Shown here piece after piece: positions 63,996 through 64,000 of a DNA stretch of 64,000 nucleotides. The DNA is taken from the IMG/VR virus record IMGVR_UViG_3300005617_000004, positions 1-64,000 of that record; one strand, 5' to 3'. Below the pieces are notes generated by a model, which saw only the letters and a program-made list of their open reading frames with translations, was not told where the DNA came from and did not search any database. The number at the start of each line of letters is the position of its first letter. Position 1 is the first letter of the stretch. This DNA is from a virus. The position numbers and the translations under genes are program-made.

Positions 63996-64000
63996 CGAGG

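Noticed and set aside
1-64000. Genome-wide TAG recoding
   Set aside because: Genes such as 336..635, 2924..4105, 6345..6914 and 32502..33263 end in TAG at natural boundaries, and long genes are not interrupted.

Overview
GC-rich bacterial virus segment; no host housekeeping genes, terminase, portal or tail genes are recognisable in the window. Layout: (1) 1-26.6 kb, + strand early/replication/modification arm of mostly small genes (SF1 helicase, HNH, methyltransferases, glycosyltransferases, nucleotidyltransferase, Cas4-like nuclease, serine recombinase), punctuated by a repeated promoter/operator motif. (2) 26.6-34.6 kb, a tRNA region with 37 readable tRNA genes plus several tRNA-like RNAs. 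(3) 35.5-52.7 kb, a minus-strand structural-looking module (candidate capsid protein and paralogs, membrane proteins, transglutaminase-like protein, Arg-rich NP-repeat proteins) suggesting a non-tailed, membrane-containing virus. (4) 53.2-64 kb, + strand beta-sandwich, glycosyltransferase and fibre genes. Main discovery: each of the two tRNA arrays is preceded by a promoter, a short unannotated leader ORF and mutually exclusive antiterminator/terminator hairpins, and each leader's codons match the tRNAs downstream. Leader 1 (42 aa, 37 different codons) covers all 16 amino acids of the 28-tRNA array. Leader 2 has 15 consecutive Leu/Ser/Gln/Tyr codons in front of the 8 Leu/Ser/Tyr/Gln tRNAs. This looks like ribosome-mediated attenuation that senses host tRNA depletion and switches on the matching viral tRNAs. 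All assignments were made by eye; no database searches or folding programs were run.
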